A DNA stretch of 32,000 nucleotides from positions 1,090 to 33,089 of the forward strand of contig DAOUAT010000463.1 of NCBI GenBank assembly GCA_034433275.1, in the 5' to 3' direction. The notes beneath the pieces are model-generated. The model had not been told where the DNA came from, did no database searches, and was given only the letters and a program-made list of their open reading frames with translations. Positions 29,912 to 32,000 of the stretch are shown one piece after another (the stretch's first letter is position 1; each line of letters begins with the position of its first letter). Made by a program: the position numbers and the translations under genes. The DNA is from Anaerolineae bacterium. GTDB taxonomy: Bacteria > Chloroflexota > Anaerolineae > CG2-30-64-16.

Positions 29912-30507
29912 CAGAACTCCTCGGTCCTACGTTTCAGGAAGTTGATCGACACAATCATGTCCAGCGTCTCGCCTTGCGGGGTCATAAAGAGATCGCGCCA
30001 GGCGAACTGGCGCTCGAAGCCCAGGCGCTCGAACGCGTGGATGACCTGCGGCCGGCTTTCGACGATCTCCGCAATCACCTGGTGCAGACCCAGCTTGCGG
30101 GCGACCTCAAGCTGCGCCCGGATCATCGCCGAGCCGATCCCGTGGCGCCGGAAGTCCTTGGCCAGGAAGATGCGCAGTTCCGCCGTGTGGCGCGTGTAGC
30201 CCTTGCCCATGTGCAGGGTCGAGTTGCCCACGATCCGATCGCCCACCACGGCGATCAGCGGGAAGATGCGGGTGTAATCCGGGTGCTCGGCCCAGGCCTC
30301 GACCACGTGCGGGTCCGCGATGTTGCTGCGGAAGTACGCGGTCTCCTCTTCCGGTAGATTGCCGAAGAGCGCCACCAGCGCGTCCTTGTCCTTCGGGGTC
30401 AGCGGCCGCAGGCAGACGCGAATGCCGTCGGGCAGGGTGATGAGCTGCCGATACAGCGAGAGGTGCATCAGCTGTTCGGCTTTGGGAGCGGATTGCGCTG
30501 AGTCCAT
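29911..30507 (-). CDS. GNAT family N-acetyltransferase
   Basis: 198 aa. ...IAVVGDRIVGNSTLH...ELRIFLAKDFRRHGIGSAMIRAQLEVARKLGLHQVIAEI...AFERLGF. Confidence 0.75.
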   Translation of the reverse strand: MDSAQSAPKAEQLMHLSLYRQLITLPDGIRVCLRPLTPKDKDALVALFGNLPEEETAYFRSNIADPHVVEAWAEHPDYTRIFPLIAVVGDRIVGNSTLHMGKGYTRHTAELRIFLAKDFRRHGIGSAMIRAQLEVARKLGLHQVIAEIVESRPQVIHAFERLGFERQFAWRDLFMTPQGETLDMIVSINFLKRRTEEF

Positions 30508-30509
30508 AA

Positions 30510-32000
30510 CTATCTCTCCTCGAGCATCGCTGCCACCGATGGAAATTGGTTCATGTCGGTGTGCGGCAGGAACAGGGCCGATGTGAACGCGTCGTAGAAG
30601 CTGTTGTCGGCCGACAGCTCCAGGTAGGTCATCATGCCAGCCACGCGGGTGAGATGGGCGCGCACATCACGGCGCAGGAGCGCCATGTACGCGCCGCGGA
30701 TAGACGTATTCCCCAGGAAGCGGAAGCGATCCCAGGGTGATGGGCTGCCGGGCGGCGCAGGCAGGTCGGGCAGCAGGCCGATCTGGACGGCCTTTTCGAC
30801 GTTGATGTATTGGCCGAACGAGCCGCCGATCAGCATGTGCGAGACGTCGGCTAGTTCCACACCGACGCTCTGGGCCATGACGTTGAAGCCGGCGTAGATG
30901 GCCGCCTTGGCGCGCATCAGGTTGTCTATGTCCACCTTGGTAATGCAAATATCGCGGCTGTGGGCCGTGTCGCGACCCCAGGCCACCACGTATTCCGGGC
31001 CGTGCTCCCCTGCGCGAAGGCGCGGGGAGGCGCCCAGATTCAGGTTGCCCGCCTTGTCTATCACGCCCGTGACGAACATCTCGGCCAACAGTGAGAGCAG
31101 GCCCGAACCGCAAATACCTTTCGGCTTCTCCTCCCCGCGGCCGATGACGCGATAGGTTGGCTCCAGCGTGTCGCTGCTGATCCATACTTCTTCGATGGCC
31201 CCGGTGGTGGCTCGCATGCCGTGCTCGACCCCGGCGCCCTCAAAGGCCGGCCCGGCCGAGCAGGCGCAGGTGACCAGCCAGTCCGCGTTGCCCAGCACTG
31301 TCTCGCCGTTGGTCCCCACGTCAATGAACAGCGTCAGCTCGTCGGCCGCGTCCATGTGGGTGCTGAGCACGCCCGCGCTGATGTCGGCCCCCACATAGCT
31401 CGCGACGCCGGGCAGGCAGTCCACGATGGCCTGCGGGTGCGCCGCCAGGCCCAATTCGCCGGCCGTCAGGCTCGGCACATGGTTGACCACCGGCACGTAG
31501 GGGGCCAGGCGGATAGATTCGGGCGGGATCGCCAGCAGCAGGTGCGTCATCGTGGTGTTGCCCGCGATGGCCAGCTTGAAGATCTCGTCCGTGGTCGCGC
31601 CCACCTGTTTGCACGCCGCTTCCAGCAGCCGGTTGATCGTGCTGGTCACCAGGCGTTGCATCTCCGCCAGTCGTTCCGGTTTCTTGGCATAGATGATCCG
31701 GGAGATCACATCTTCGCCGCGCGCGATCTGGCCGTTGTAGTCGGCGGCTTGCGCCACAACCTCACCGCTTTCCAGGTCAACCAGCCAGACGGTGACGGTC
31801 GTGGTGCCGATGTCCACCGCGGCGCCCAGGTTGCGGTCGGTGCGGTCGCCGGGCAGGATCGCCAGCAATTGCGGCGGGCCCTCCGTTCGGTCCCACGAGT
31901 CGAGCGCAATGACGGCTGTGACCTCCCACGGCGCCGGCTCCTCGTGCCAGATGTCAGCGTTATCGCGGGCGACCGCAGAGGGATCGCCCGCACCATCCTC
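30510..32000 (-). CDS. ASKHA-fold corrinoid reductive activase (RACo / AcsV-like), C-terminal about 500 aa; the N-terminus lies outside the window
   Basis: The frame stays open to base 32000 (I translated 31869..32000 and found no stop). NLGAAVDIGTTTVTVWLVDL..., ...AIAGNTTMTHLLL..., ...FIDVGTNGE..., ...CSAGPAFEG..., ...GICGSGL... are typical of the DUF4445/RACo ATPase domain. Confidence 0.8.
   Translation of the reverse strand, partial: EDGAGDPSAVARDNADIWHEEPAPWEVTAVIALDSWDRTEGPPQLLAILPGDRTDRNLGAAVDIGTTTVTVWLVDLESGEVVAQAADYNGQIARGEDVISRIIYAKKPERLAEMQRLVTSTINRLLEAACKQVGATTDEIFKLAIAGNTTMTHLLLAIPPESIRLAPYVPVVNHVPSLTAGELGLAAHPQAIVDCLPGVASYVGADISAGVLSTHMDAADELTLFIDVGTNGETVLGNADWLVTCACSAGPAFEGAGVEHGMRATTGAIEEVWISSDTLEPTYRVIGRGEEKPKGICGSGLLSLLAEMFVTGVIDKAGNLNLGASPRLRAGEHGPEYVVAWGRDTAHSRDICITKVDIDNLMRAKAAIYAGFNVMAQSVGVELADVSHMLIGGSFGQYINVEKAVQIGLLPDLPAPPGSPSPWDRFRFLGNTSIRGAYMALLRRDVRAHLTRVAGMMTYLELSADNSFYDAFTSALFLPHTDMNQFPSVAAMLEER

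Overview
High-GC bacterial chromosomal segment (about 65% GC in a sample I counted). Everything except a queA 3' fragment is on the minus strand, and many genes have overlapping or abutting stop and start codons. The core (7.1-22.2 kb) is a Wood-Ljungdahl methyl-branch / electron-bifurcation supercluster. In transcription order it reads: tandem-module HdrA (1044 aa), MvhD, a giant HdrA (1628 aa) with an embedded NfnB/GltD-like NAD(P)H module ('HdrL-like'), a second MvhD interrupted by an in-frame TGA at a conserved Cys (predicted selenocysteine), MetV, MetF, twin GC-rich hairpins, an HdrC/HdrB fusion, a short MetV-like protein, a GNAT/thioredoxin-fold fusion, a second MetF, and a CBS-ACT protein. 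Upstream in the same orientation lie RACo/AcsV (partial), GNAT, CooC, Zn-ADH, a HEAT protein, a small lower-GC retropepsin-like gene, an AcsE-like methyltransferase, malic enzyme, a TrxR-fold flavoprotein lacking CxxC, and FolD. Downstream lie a truncated YbaK-like ORF, a secreted S1 protease lipoprotein, GNAT, a CBS protein, acyl-CoA dehydrogenase, a DUF3786-like protein, a HEAT protein, and an AhpE-type peroxiredoxin fused to a mycoredoxin-like domain. The peroxidatic Cys codon of that peroxiredoxin is TGA, making it a second predicted selenoprotein. Four intergenic gaps carry an unusual element built from tandem 7-nt units followed by their reverse complements. I saw no rRNA, tRNA, CRISPR array or transposase. 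All protein calls rest on motif recognition by eye; no database search was possible.
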